Origin: Protoeuglena noctilucae
Taxonomy: Eukaryota
NCBI GenBank assembly: GCA_958009085.1
Contig: OY253686.1
Span: 62,001 to 126,000 of the forward strand
Length of the DNA: 64,000 nucleotides
Direction: 5' to 3'
A program made the position numbers and the translations under genes. The number at the start of each line of letters is the position of its first letter. The stretch's first letter is position 1. Shown piece after piece: positions 38,722-55,139 of this stretch. The notes beneath the pieces are model-generated. The model saw only the letters and a program-made list of their open reading frames with translations, made no database searches and was not told the origin of the DNA.

Positions 38722-39896
38722 ATGGGGCGTATGCCGGTTGTTTACGCCCCGCATGGAGGCGGCCCGTGCTTTTTCATGACAGATGAGAAGGGCACGTGGG
38801 AGGGCATGCGTAAGCATCTCGCGAACCTGGTGACGGGCTTGGCCGAGCGACCTAAGGCTATCGTCGTGGTCACCGCCCACTGGGAGCGCGACGGGGGCGT
38901 GGGCATCACGTCGGGCGAGCGTCCCTCGCTCATCTACGATTACTACGGCTTCCCACCAGAGACGTACAAAATTCAGTGGCCTGCGCCAGGCAGCCCCAAG
39001 ACAGCCAAGCGTGTGCACGACTTGCTCAATGACGCCGGCATCCCCTCAGCACTGGAACCCAAGCACGGGTGGGACCACGGGGTGTTCATCCCACTCAAGG
39101 CAAGCACAAAGCGTGCACGACACTGCAGGTTGCTTTATGCTCTCCTGCTGTGGAACGTAGAGGTCTCGCGAGGGACGTAATCCCACCACGTCATGACATG
39201 TATACACCACCTCACCGCACCGCACCCCCTTATTCCATGACGCCACACACGCCCACTTCCCCTATTCTACTCGCCCACTGTAGCGCGCCTTGCCAAGCCT
39301 CGCACCACAAAGCAGTTGTGCTCCCCCCTCTCCTCCCCCCGCAGGTGGCGATCCCCGACGCCGACATCCCCACCGTCGCCGTGAGCCTGGTGGCTGGGCT
39401 GGACCCCGCGCTGCACATCCGCATCGGGGAGGCTTTGGCCCCTCTGCGCGACGAGGGCGTCTTCATCATCGGGTCCGGCATGTCATTCCACAACCTGAGG
39501 ACGTTCGGCAGCACCAGCGCCCTGCCGGCGTCCAAGGCGTTCGACAAGTGGATTCACGACACGGTGGGGCAGTCGAAGGATGCGAGGAACAAGGGCCTGG
39601 AGGCGTGGCACGAGGCGCCCTACGCACGCGACTGCCACCCCCAGGAGGAGCACCTGCTGCCGTTGATGGGTGAGGGGCGGGGTGGGTGACGGGGTTAAGC
39701 ATTTGCTGATGAATGAGGGATGGGTTGAGGAGTGATGGGACGAGCGTTTGCCGCCGTCGATGCGCGAGGACCGGTGTGACACTTGCTCACGCTTCTGCAT
39801 GCAGTGTGCGCGGGGGCCGCGGGCGAGGACAAGGGCCGTATCACGTACAACGAGCAGGTGGTGGGCGGCATCATCAGCGGCGTACAATTTGGATGA
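38722..39896 (+). CDS. LigB-family extradiol ring-cleavage dioxygenase (DODA/YgiD-like)
   Basis: PHGGGP, VVTAHWE, LIYDYYGFPPETY, GWDHGVFIPLK, APLRDEGVFIIGSGMSFHNL, CHPQEEHLLPL; 3 exons. Confidence 0.93.
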
Positions 39897-40061
39897 CCGA
39901 CACAGGCACGGCAGTCACGCGTCTTGCCCTTGATGATGAGTAGGTCAGCTAGATGCAGCGATTATCACTTTCAAGTCACTGCATTGTCACTGTGCCATGC
40001 GCCATACTTCATGTCGCTTGAACCTGAGAACCTATGCGTCAAACAGCGCATCGCATTGCCC

Positions 40062-41897
40062 TCACTCCACCGACCACTGGAGGGTCTCCCCGGCCCACAT
40101 GGGCACCACCACCGCGTCGCCAAACGCATACTCGGCAGGCACCTGCTGGGGCCTCTTCACCAGCGTCACCGTGTCGCGGTTGCGCGGCAGCCGGTAAAAG
40201 TCCGCACCGTGGAACGAAGAGAAACCCTCGAGCTGCGAGCAGGGTGCGAGCAGGGTGTGAGAGTCGAAAATGATCAAACAGCCCATGTTGACACTGTTGA
40301 CACTGGGTTGGGCCAGGCCCTGACTTGCAGTGCCAGGCTGTGCGTCTCTGACGCCCCTGCCGTCGCCAGCCCTTGCCTTGTCAAGCGCCCCGGCCTGCTC
40401 AAAGGCGTGCGCGTAGAGGGGCATGGCGACGGGCGCGGAGAAGATGCCCGCGCACCCGCACGCGCTCTCCTTGGCGCCACGGGGGTGAGGGGCCGAGTCC
40501 GTTCCGAGGAAGAACCGCGAGTTGCCAGAAACGGCCGCAGCGAGGACGGCGGCGCGGTGGCGCTCGCGCTTGAGCACCGGGAGGCAGTAGTTGTGGGGGC
40601 GGAGGCCGCCGGCCAGCAGGGCGTTGCGGTTCAGGAGCATGTGCTGCACGGAAAGAGGCGGGGAGGACAGTCGTATGTGCAGGCCGTTCGTGGAGCATCG
40701 CGTGACCCTCTAACCCTCGGGCCTTCCCTCAGCCCGCCACTCCCTGCACACCCTGCACCGCCCACGCCACAAGGTGACACCCTGACCCTCACCTGGGGTG
40801 TGATGGACGCAGCCACGTTGTCTCCCGCCGTTGCCACAAATTCGGCGGCGTCCTGCGTTGTGATGTGCTCCATCACAACGCGCAGTCCAGGCACGCGCTC
40901 CAGCACAGGCGCGAGTTTGCGGTGGATGAACTCCCGTTCCCGGTCGAACATGTCAACCTCCGCGTCCACCACCTCGCCATGCACGCAAAGGGTGACACCC
41001 GCAGAGGCCATCTCACGCAGGGCGGGGAGGACCTGGGATTGAAGGGACAATGCAGAGAATCACTTGTCAAATTATAATCGAGTGCAGACTTGCTTACGTC
41101 CGCCTGCTCGCGCGCCGTCGCTCCAACGCACGCCTCCTCGCCTTGTCGATGTCTGTGACCCCGGACGCCGAGTTGGTGGTCGCCCCGGCAGGGTACAGCT
41201 TGAATGCAATAACACCTGCCTCTTTCGCGCGATGGACCTCCTCAGGCGGCGTGCTGTCCGTCAGGTAAAGCGTCATGAGGGGCACAAATGCGCCCCGGCG
41301 ATGCTCGGGCACCGCCGCCTCGATGCGGCTCTTGTACTGGAGCGCGGCAGCCACCGTAGTTACGGGAGGAACCAAGTTCGGCATGATGACGGCACTGCGG
41401 GGGCATGGGGACGCGGCGAGCGGGCTCACGAGCCCTTGCGCAGGCCCAGTGCTGCCACCTCCGCGCTCGCGGCTCCATCTGCAGCGGTCCGCGATGGCTT
41501 GCAAGAGACGCAAGCATGCCATCCACTGAGCCTCTCTCACCGGCCAAACACGGCCGCGGTGTGCGGGACGACGGACGCCAGGCCCTTGCCATCGCGAACA
41601 TGCAGGTGCCAATCATCGGGACGGGTGATGGTCAGGCGCCCCGAGAACGCCGGAGCCGAGGCAGAGGATACCGCCCGGGCCACCGTCGCAACGTGCCGCC
41701 CTGCGGGCGCCCAGGGAGGGAGGTCGGCAGCCGGTCACACGATGACGTGCAGCGCGACGCATCCGCAAGGGCAAGGCCGTGCCCAATCAGCGCAAAAAGC
41801 TAGCATCATCCGATCATGACCAGAAGCAATTGCCCTCCGACGCACCCTCGGCCTCCAGGGCTGCGCCAAGCCCTTGCAGCCGCGCCACAGCGGCCAT
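40062..41897 (-). CDS. pyrC: Dihydroorotase, E. coli-like (type II), with N-terminal targeting peptide
   Basis: [75 protein letters not shown]. Confidence 0.96.
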
Positions 41898-42872
41898 TGA
41901 CACCACGACGCGCGCCTCGGCGCAACCCACGCCACGTCAGCAGCAGGGGTTCACAGAGGGTCGATCGGCAAAGCGAATTGGCGATTTGCAGCGGCGAGGT
42001 CGGCAACGCAGGCTTGCAGGCGGGTTGACCCTTCTGATGTTAATCTCTGGCAAGCCAAAAAGGCCTTTTGTAAATCACGCCCTTTCACAACATGGTGGAT
42101 TGGAGCGCATGGACAACGGATGTCCTACGAGACGAACGGCAATTGCCTCATCTGCCTTGCCCGTTGAGCTCCTCGCGCTATTTCGAGGACCGAGAGCGCC
42201 GTTCTGGTGAGAAACGCTTTGCATGTTTCAAGAGTACCTGAAAGCAGTTTTTAGAAGCTGTTTGCGCTGGTGCGAGCCCAAGCTAACGATGTGCGCACCT
42301 GCCGCATGTTCGTGGCCCACGCACGCCCATCTAACGCGCACGGACATCTAATCCATACAACACTTACATTTCTTGATCGTGCAGGTTGCTGGATGGGTCG
42401 CGGGAGGCGGTAGAGAGGGAGGCGGGGAGAGGCAAGAAGGCAGACAGCGGTGCTGCTGCGGCAAGTGGTGAGCCGGCGGCCCCGACCCCCGAAGGCAGCG
42501 CCTTGGAGATGAAGCAGAGCGGAAAGCAGGATACGCCGCCCGCGGATGGAGGTGGCGAAGCAAACCAGCATGTCGCAGCAACAACAGGTAAAGCAACGGG
42601 AGGAGAAGGGGCATGGGAAAAGGCTTGGCTGGGAAAAGAACGTTGAATGGGTTGTCTGTGGTTTAGGGTCGCGAAGCTGGGACAGGCTGGTGGGGATAAA
42701 CGGGGCAGCATTCTCAAGCATGCTGTCTTTTTCTTGCTCGCCCCCGCCCCCTAAACCTGCTCGCCCCCGATCGCGCACGCAGGGTGGGGTGACCTGCCCG
42801 GGGAGCTGCATCGCGAGATCCTGCGGCTGGTGCCCCTGCGCGACGCGACGGCGGCGCGGGGTTTCGCCGGAG

Positions 42873-44286
42873 ATGCGCGACGAGGTGGACCGAGGTGTGG
42901 AGGGCGTGGGGCATCCGGGCAACAGCGGAGGACAGGCGGGAGGCTATCCGAACCAGCTTTGTTCCTCGGTGGAGCTCAACTTCGGTCCGTTGGTGGTGTA
43001 CGTACGTGATGGGTCCCACGCACACCACCTGGCGAGCCTGGGGCTGTGGTGGCTGGCCCTGCTGGTGGCGGAGGGGCCGGACATCAATAGGATTTCTTGG
43101 GCCGTTCAAGGTTATTGGGATGTTAACCAGTCCCCGCTGATGGTGGCGGTGCGGGCGGGGCGGCCGGTAGGGCGCCGATGGCAAGTTGGAGTGGGCGTAC
43201 GCGCTGGGGGACAAGGAGGTGGCGCGGGCGGTGCGGGCGGCGGTGGCGATGGGGGCGGACGTCAATGAGCTGTCGGGCGCGGCGTGGCCGCTGATGACGT
43301 ACTGCGGGGGGCGGGGGTGCTTGGAGGCGGTCAAGGCGTGCCTGGCAGCGGGGGCGGAGGTGGAGGCGGTCGGCAAATCATGGGGGACAGCGCTGGTGCA
43401 TGCCGGGCGTGGGGGTCACGAGGCGGTCGTGGAGGCGCTGCTGGAGGCGGGGGCGTCGGTCGCGTTTGGGCCTGATGGAAGGTATGACACGTTGGTTGCG
43501 GTTTGCGAGGGATACCCGACGCCGGGCATCGTGAGGCGGCTGGCGGAGGTGGGGGCGGACGTTGAGTCGCTTGATTGGGATGGGTCGGCCCTCAGTTATG
43601 CCGCGGGTTATGGCAATCTGGCCGTCATGGAGGTTCTGGTGGAGTTGGGGGCCAACGTGACTGCTACTGACGCATACGATGGGACAGCGATGCACTGGGC
43701 GAAGACGGGGGAGGTGGTGCGGTGGCTGGCGGCGCAGGGGGCGAGCGTCCAGGGCAACGGTGGCCAAAAGAAGTCCCCTCTTTCTTCCGCTTGCGAATTG
43801 GCGAACGTCGATGTCGTCCGCACCCTGATCGAGTTGGGTGCGGATGTCGACTTCGAGGATGTGGATGGTCGGAGGCCTCTCCATCGTGCAATGTGCTGCG
43901 GTGAAGAGCACGAGGCGGTGGAGCTGGCGCGGCTGCTGTTGGCGGCAGGGGCGGACGCCGACGCCGTCGATGGCGGCGGCAAAACGCCCCTGCACAGCAT
44001 CCTTTGTGCGGGGTGCGTGGACGTGCTGGTGGAGGCGGGGGCAGACCCGGAGGCGCGGGATACGTCGGGCAAGACGCCAATCTACAATATTGCAACGAAC
44101 AATGAGCTTGCAACTTCTGTCAAGTCCGACATTGTGCTGCGGATGGCCGACCGTGGCGCGGATCTGGTCAACACGGGCGGGGAGCCGGGGCTGGTGATGC
44201 GCAGAGTGGAGGAGCTGCGGGCCAGCGCAACCGCGGCCAGGCCGACTGACCCGGCTGAGGGCGGCGGCAGCGGGGCACACAGGTGA
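42873..44286 (+). CDS. Intronless ankyrin-repeat protein with one apparent frameshift at ~43170
   Basis: Multiple ankyrin repeats (GTALVHAGRGGH..VV..LL.AGA, SALSYAAGYGN, GRRPLH, GKTPLH). The upstream frame (SPLMVAVRAG) joins only by removing one G in GTAGGGC. Confidence 0.8.
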
Positions 44287-45077
44287 GGGAGGGGACCGTG
44301 TGGGTGATGGGTGATGGGGCATGTGGCCTGCGCTGTGCGGGGGCTTGCATGGCCTGCCACAGCCGGGCTGCGGGTGTGCGTGGCGTGGAGTGACATGCCG
44401 CCCAGCGTGGTGCTGGGCCTTGCGTGTCGCGATTGGGCAGTGGCCAGTCTTTGTCCCGTGCTGTAGCGATAGATGGGTCCATCAGCTGGCTGGGTGCATG
44501 GTCGATGCGGCAGGCCGGCGTTTGTGGAAGACGGTCCCTTGCTTGGTCGTGGGCCGCAGGGTGGCGTTCCCGCTGCAGCTGCGCCTGAGCAGCGTGGTGG
44601 TGTTGCGCTGGAGGAGACGCGTGCTGGCGGCGGCTGCGTGAGGTGCCGTGCAAGGGAGCGAGGCGACATGTCAAGCGCAGGGTGGGTCGACGTCGAGTTC
44701 ATGATGCGAGAGGTGCTTGAAGGAGCTGCGGGCCCAGTGCAGCCAGCTTGGCTGACCGCTCCATTTGAAGAGGAAGCGTTGCACTGGTGACTTGTGAGGC
44801 GAAGCATTCACTCTAAGACGACGTCACAAGGCACTTACACATGGCGACCTGCCCTCACGATCGGGCCTGCGCAGCGCTCCTCGTCTCCAGGCATCTCCCT
44901 TCCCGGCATTCAACACCGCAGCGGGTCAAACTCGACGAGTCCGCTCCCTCGCAAACGGCTATCCCGGGAACGCACCACACACCCTCCCCACCCGACCCCA
45001 AAACAGTGCATGTGGCCAAGCCCTGCGACCCCGCGCCTGCCACGTTACGTCGCTCGCGCCACTCCCTCGGCGATTCC

Positions 45078-49329
<4,252 letters not shown>

Positions 49330-49697
49330 CGGGGTGAGCGCACCGGCAGGAAAAGGGGAAGAATGCGAGTCCGCGTCGTCACGTCCAGCCGACGAGGCGA
49401 TCCCGGGCGGGGCGCTGGTGCTGGTTTCGAGTGTCAGAGGAGAGCGCCGGGGCCCGCGCACGTCTGACCCGCGCAAGCGGACAAGGGCAGGGAGTTCATC
49501 GCGGAAGTCGCATCCCTGGGGGGCTTTAGTCCGCACAGCTGCGGAGCAGGGTGGTTGCCAGTGCTTATCGTTCCTCGCGTGCCTCGCTGCCGAATCCGGG
49601 CCCCGGGGGGCTAGGGACGGGTTCTGTAGTCGCATCGAGTTGGTAGTTGCCTGCGGGGTGATCCTCGCTGCTCTCATCGCACATGACGGGCGAGGAG

Positions 49698-51314
49698 ATG
49701 CCCGGCCCGTCCGGGGCTGCGTCGGGCCTCGAGTACCACCTGCATCCGGTGGGTTGGCGTTCCCGACGGCGCGCCGAGGAGGCATTTCATCGTCGAGAAC
49801 GCGTTGGATGCCGATCCTGCTGCACTCAGATCGCGCGGCCTCTCTTTTCCTGCCCAAGAGGCGCCCGGACCTTCCCCCGCCGCAGCTCGTCATCGTCAAC
49901 ATCAGCGATCACTACAACCGCGTCCGACTATCCTTGCCAAGCGGAACGGAGGCGTATCCGGACGGCGTGGCGCGGGTGATTGGCTGCCTGCTGGGCACGC
50001 AGACGGGCCGGACGGTTGAGGTGGTCAACTCGTTCGAAATGGTGAAGGGCGGGGCCGGAATTGACCAGGAACATCTGAAGCTTCGCAAGGATCAGTACAA
50101 GGAGGTGTTCCCGGCCCTGGAGCTCATCGGGTGGTACGCAACGGGCACCAAGGCGAGTTGCACCACCACGGCTGTCGCTTTTTGGAGTCGGAGAGAGCAC
50201 GTCTTGACACGAGGAGATGCGGATGATCGGTTTCGTCGCGTCCGCAGGTGCATGAGGGGGACATGGAGGTGCATCGCTTGGTAAGCGCGATGTGCAACAA
50301 CCCTGTCATGCTGCTGCTGGACACGGCGCTGCGGCAGGGGCGCCGGGACCTGCCGGCGGCGCTGTTGGAGGCAGAGACGCACGATCGCGAGGGCGAGATG
50401 GTCGTGCAGGCGAGGGCCGGGGCGCTGCAGCGAGGGGCGGGCCTGGGCGTCACGCACGTGAGAGATGGTGAACTTTGCGCACCCCTGCGCACCCGTGCTG
50501 GCCGCAGTTGGCGCCCGTGCCGTACACCCTGGTGGCCAGCGAGGCGGAGCGCATCGCCGTGGACCAGGCGAGGCTCGTTTGCACCATGGCATCACTAGGG
50601 GGCTCGCAACCCACGATACCCACGCCGTTGCCGCTACACTGCATGGCTTGCTCAGTGCCGCCCGCTGCGTCGCCGATCGCCGCAGGTGACCAAGCTGGCG
50701 GGGACGGTGGGCACGGCGAGCGTGGGTCGTCAGATGGCGGCCCACATGACCCAGATGGGCTCTGCCGTCGAGATGCTTCGGACGCAGCTGGCGAGGATCC
50801 TGGAGCACCTCGAGGCGAGGGGGCGGCCGATTTCGCGCGAAGTCAATGAGCTTGGCGTGCATGTGCATGTGCCCCCCTGCACCGCACCCTCGCCGCCGAA
50901 GTGCGTATGTCACATCGCAACACATTGCCCTGGCGCACACAGGCGGTCCAAGCGGGCCAGGCGACCCCAGACCACGCGGTGTTGCGATCCGCAGCCGCTC
51001 TGGTGCGGCAACTACCGGACCCGGACGCTCCGGAGTTCAGGTGCGGCAAAGGATGCGTGGGGACGCGTGTCGCTGGTGTTACGGATGTGCTAGCTGATGC
51101 TGGACGCGACTCTCCGCACCGCAGGGAGGCGTTCGTGCGCCAGTCGAGCGACGCGCTGGTGTCCGTGTACTTGGCGCTGCTGACTCAGGGGGCACAGAAG
51201 CTCAACGACATGCTGGCTAAGGTGTCGCTGGCACACGACCGGGGGAGCGTCCCTGGGGGAAGGGGCCCGATGGGCCGCGGCGCGTTTGCCATCCCCCATG
51301 CCGAGGGGCGATAG
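49698..51314 (+). CDS. CSN6: COP9 signalosome subunit 6 (MPN domain), 7 exons
   Basis: LHP|LVIVNISDHY.R, VIGCLLG.Q.GR.VE..NSFE, QYKEVFP.LE.IGWY.TG, EAERIAVD. Confidence 0.93.
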
Positions 51315-51478
51315 GATCGCCCTGTCGGCTTGGCGCAGATGCAGCTGCAACACGGCACTTGCATGCTGCACGACCGGCGCTTCTAATGCTCTGGGTCGTG
51401 CCTGTGGGCGTCGAGCGTCACCCCCGATTTGTTGTTAAGCACTGGAAGTGGACAGAGAGTCCTCGTCTGGCCCGCGAA

Positions 51479-52366
51479 ATGCCAGGTGTGCTGATTGCCA
51501 AACATCCATCCCGTGAAGTCGCCATCCTCGGCCGCTTACGGCACTATCCGCTCGGCTGCCGACAGTTTGCGAGGTCCATGATTGCGAACTGTGCTGCGTT
51601 GAGCCGCAAACCGTGTCCCCGGCGCGCAGGGCTCGTGAAGACCCACGGCGGTGTTGTGGCGAAAAGGCGGGGCGAGGGCGCGGTTAGGGCACCGACGAAG
51701 CGAGCCTCGACGAGGATAAGCCGGAAGCAAGGCGAGGGGATCTGCGGGTTGATCAATGTCCCTACCCTGCGCGCGAACTTCGGTCAGCAGGACGCACGGC
51801 GCAAGGAGAAGCCCGCACTGCGCCACGCAGAGGCCAAACAGGCCGAGATTGCCGCGGCCATAGACGACGGCTCGTGCGAGGGGCGTCCCTGGGAGCGCGT
51901 GGCCGCGTCGCCGAGCGTGGACGTGGTGGTGCGGGTCACGGGCGGGAAGGTCGACCGCGTGAGCCTCCGCGACAATGCCGACGAGGGGCTCCGGCTGCTG
52001 ATCGGCGGGGAGCACGCGGGTGGCGCGGCGGACGCCGTGCGGCGGTGGGTCGAGGGGTACGCCCGGGGCCAGCCACCAGCCGACCCCCTGCCCCTCGCCC
52101 TCCCGTCGCCCGGCGGTGGCTTCACAGCGGCGGTGTTGCGCGCCATGGGTGAGGTGCCTTTCGGCGCCACGGTGTCTTACGGGGAGCTCGCGCGGCGCGC
52201 GGGGAGCCCCGGCGCTGCGCGTGCGGCGGGGCAGGCGTGCGGGTCCAACCCGCTGGCGCTCGTGCTTCCTTGCCACCGCATCCTCGCCGCCGGCAACAAG
52301 CTCGGTGGGTTCTCTTGCGGGCTGAGCGTCAAGCGGAAGCTGCTCGCTCACGAGGGGCTGCTCTGA
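51479..52366 (+). CDS. MGMT: Methylated-DNA--protein-cysteine methyltransferase (Ogt/MGMT); 5' structure uncertain
   Basis: VPFGATVSYGELA...ARAAGQACGSNPL.LVLPCHRI (active-site PCHR), KRKLL.HEG. Confidence 0.9.
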   Translation: MPGVLIAKHPSREVAILGRLRHYPLGCRQFARSMIANCAALSRKPCPRRAGLVKTHGGVVAKRRGEGAVRAPTKRASTRISRKQGEGICGLINVPTLRANFGQQDARRKEKPALRHAEAKQAEIAAAIDDGSCEGRPWERVAASPSVDVVVRVTGGKVDRVSLRDNADEGLRLLIGGEHAGGAADAVRRWVEGYARGQPPADPLPLALPSPGGGFTAAVLRAMGEVPFGATVSYGELARRAGSPGAARAAGQACGSNPLALVLPCHRILAAGNKLGGFSCGLSVKRKLLAHEGLL

Positions 52367-53165
52367 GCAGCGCAGGGAGCGTCGCGGGTCTTGGGGCGAC
52401 GCGGTTGGGTTGTGTCATCAGCCATGTTGAAAGCCCACGATCGATGACGTGAGATTGCAGAGCTTGTTTGCAGCACGGATATAGCTCCGCTTCAACAGGC
52501 ACACGCGTGCTGACGGCCAAGGGCGACGCCGGGGGCGCCCAGCGACGGCCCTGCCCCACCGCCGAGCAACCCCGCGCAGGGCCAGGCACGCAGGGCCAGG
52601 GCAGGCTCGGCATCTGCGCCGGCTGTGAACTGCGCCACACCCGCCCGTGGACCAAGCGGTCTTGATGGGGAAGGAATAGGCTCAGGGAAGTGCCCCTGCA
52701 AGTGCCCCTCGTTCCATCCTTCGTGGAAGCCTTCGTGCCTCAAACAGCGCGGTCCGCTCTGAGGCTGGGACAGTTCTCCTCTCCCGCACAACTTTTATCT
52801 TTTCTAGACGTCGGCGCGGCATACTCCCCTCACGCAAACGCAGCCGCAGCGAGTTCGCAATTTGTCCCGCCCCGGGCCCTCCCTCGAGTCGCGCGGTGAG
52901 TCGCTGCGCTGCTTATGGCTCCTTTGCGCGTGACAAAAACCAGTCCCGCCCACACGGCTTCCCCCGTGGCCCCGGTGCGCGGGGCGGGCCTGCGGGCCCC
53001 TCCGTCTTCTCACCGGTCCCCCGCCTCGGCGGCCGGGTAAATCTGGGCCAGATCCGGCGGTCGCGGTTCAATTCTTCCTGTCTTGACCTCGACGCCTGCA
53101 GCTTTGGTCGTGGGCCGCCTCAGCGGAGTCAGCGCCGGTGTTTGGCCTCGGGCCCTGGGCTCACG

Positions 53166-55119
53166 ATGTACACGTCACTGTACAAGGTTGACAAGTTGTT
53201 CTCCGGCCCGGTGTTCATGGAGCGTACTGAGGCGCAGACCAACGACCAGGGCGTGCTGCGCCCTTCTCTCGTCAACGCATGCTTCAGAAATGACAGCATT
53301 TGGAATTTGTATGACTACAATCAAGACGAGGGCTTTTTTTCCTCGGAGAAAGGAGCTTCCCCGTGCGTCTTCTACCTGCTCGAGCTGGAGCGCCGGAAGG
53401 ACCGGCCGCTCGGCTTCGTCGGCCCGAAGAAGAAGTTCTTCAAATTTGGCATAACGAATGGAGTTCAGGAAAGGGGGGGGCAGCTGAAGAGGGTGGGGGC
53501 GCTCATGCGATTCGCCAAGGTGAGTGCCGCCGATGTGGCCGGCTGCAGTGCTGACGAGTGCGCTCCTCACCTGACATCGTCGGCAATGCATGCTCCGTGG
53601 CGTCCTCACGCTGCAGGTCTCGAGCGCGCGTCTCATGGGCCTGGACGAGAACCTCAACTTCGCCAAGAAGATGGTGAAAAAGTTCGAGATCAGCGGGAGC
53701 CCTGCCGAGTGAGCCGCGGCTGCCCTTACTGCATGCGCTCGTGGCATGACCTCTTCCCTGGCAGAGACGTGCCGACACGCGCCCATGCCTGCGTTGCGAG
53801 CACACGTATGTGGAACTTGCGGAAATGGGCCCGCCCGCAGGGCCAAACGGGGCTCTATGCTCGCTGTGGAGCAAGCGCAGCACGCTGTCATGAGCCGGAA
53901 ATTCCTGACGCGGAGACCAACCGTCCCTTCGGCGGGTGCACCGAGCTTCGCGACCTGGAGGAGGATGAGGCGAGTGCTGCGCGCATACAGAGCATGCGGA
54001 GCATCCGAGCACACCCCTGCCACGCGCATGCGTGCCATGCCTGTCGTGTTTGCAGGTGCGGATTGCGGCCACGGCCGCGCAAGGCCTCGTCACTTTCGCG
54101 CGGGAGAGGCTCGACAGCGACCCCGGCCTTGCGGCCAGCGTCGCGGTGGCTTTCGGGGCTCCGCTGCCGCCCGCCCATCGCAAGTTGTGGACGTCGGAGG
54201 CCCCCTTCATCCCTGCGCCCCGCGTGTTCGACATGATGCTTCGGGATGTCCCGGGGTTCGGCGACCTCGTCCAGAAGATGGACTTCAAGCTCGGGCAGGT
54301 CGTCCCGTGCGAAAGCGCGGGCATCACGTGCGTGCGTGCGTGCGTGCGTGCGCGCAGCATGGCTCCCCGCCCCTGGGGCGGGTTCTCCTATCAGCGCCTC
54401 CTCACCCCCCTCCCACTTCCGCTCTGGTCCCAGCTGCGCGGATTGCCGCAGGCCGCACTCCCAAAGCGGCATGGGATGGCTCTACGAGGTGGACGGGACC
54501 GGGAAGGCCGTGGCGGCCAGGTGCTGGCCGTGTTCCAAGTCCGAGAAGGAGGACCCGGTCAAGAAGTACATGAGGGAGGCCGACATCCACCTGGGGCCCA
54601 AGAAATACAGCGCTGAGGACGAGGAGGCCATCGTCAGCCTCGTGGCATGCTACCCGAAGATCAGGTGGAGGGAGCGCCTGGTGAGCTGGGTGGTGGGATG
54701 TGCGTGTATGCGGGTGTGTCTATCATACTCTATGCATGCATGCCTGACCATGCCGTCCACTGCGCGTGCCCCCACATGTACAGGAACGGGGGCAGTCGGA
54801 GGGCTTGCTGGGGGAGCGGACGGCGCAGGGAATCATGGAGCACTTCAACGGCGCCCTGAGGAAGAAGCTGAAGAAGATGGGGGAGGAGGTGCCGCTGCAG
54901 CTGGTGAGCGGCTGCGGCGGCTGCGGGAAGGTGGGGTGCGGCGCGGGCAGCTGAATGGCACGCAGAGCCGTGGCTTGACGCCATTTTTGCGCGCAGAGGA
55001 TAGGGCGCTATGACCCGTGGACCATCAAGGATCAGCGGGCCCTCGTGGCCCACGTCAGGTGGCAGTGGCAGCACCCCAACTCCCGCAACGAGATTAAGTG
55101 GGAGGCGGCGGGGGCTTAG
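53166..55119 (+). CDS. Spliced gene or pseudogene: T5orf172/GIY-YIG-like nuclease + C4 zinc ribbon + two Myb/SANT-like repeats
   Basis: Nuclease-like: VFYLLE...FKFGITNGVQER...AVEQAQH...GGCTEL. Zinc ribbon: CADC-x25-CWPC. Myb-like: YSAEDEEAI...W...ERTAQGIMEHF and PWTIKDQRALV...IKWEA. Needs a 1-nt indel at ~53905 or an alternative acceptor. Confidence 0.55.
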
Positions 55120-55139
55120 GGGAAGCGTCATCAGGCCAC

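Noticed and set aside
8387..39896. Secondary-metabolite cluster (O-methyltransferase, DJ-1, LigB/DODA)
   Set aside because: The genes are separated by unrelated housekeeping genes and no backbone synthase is present.
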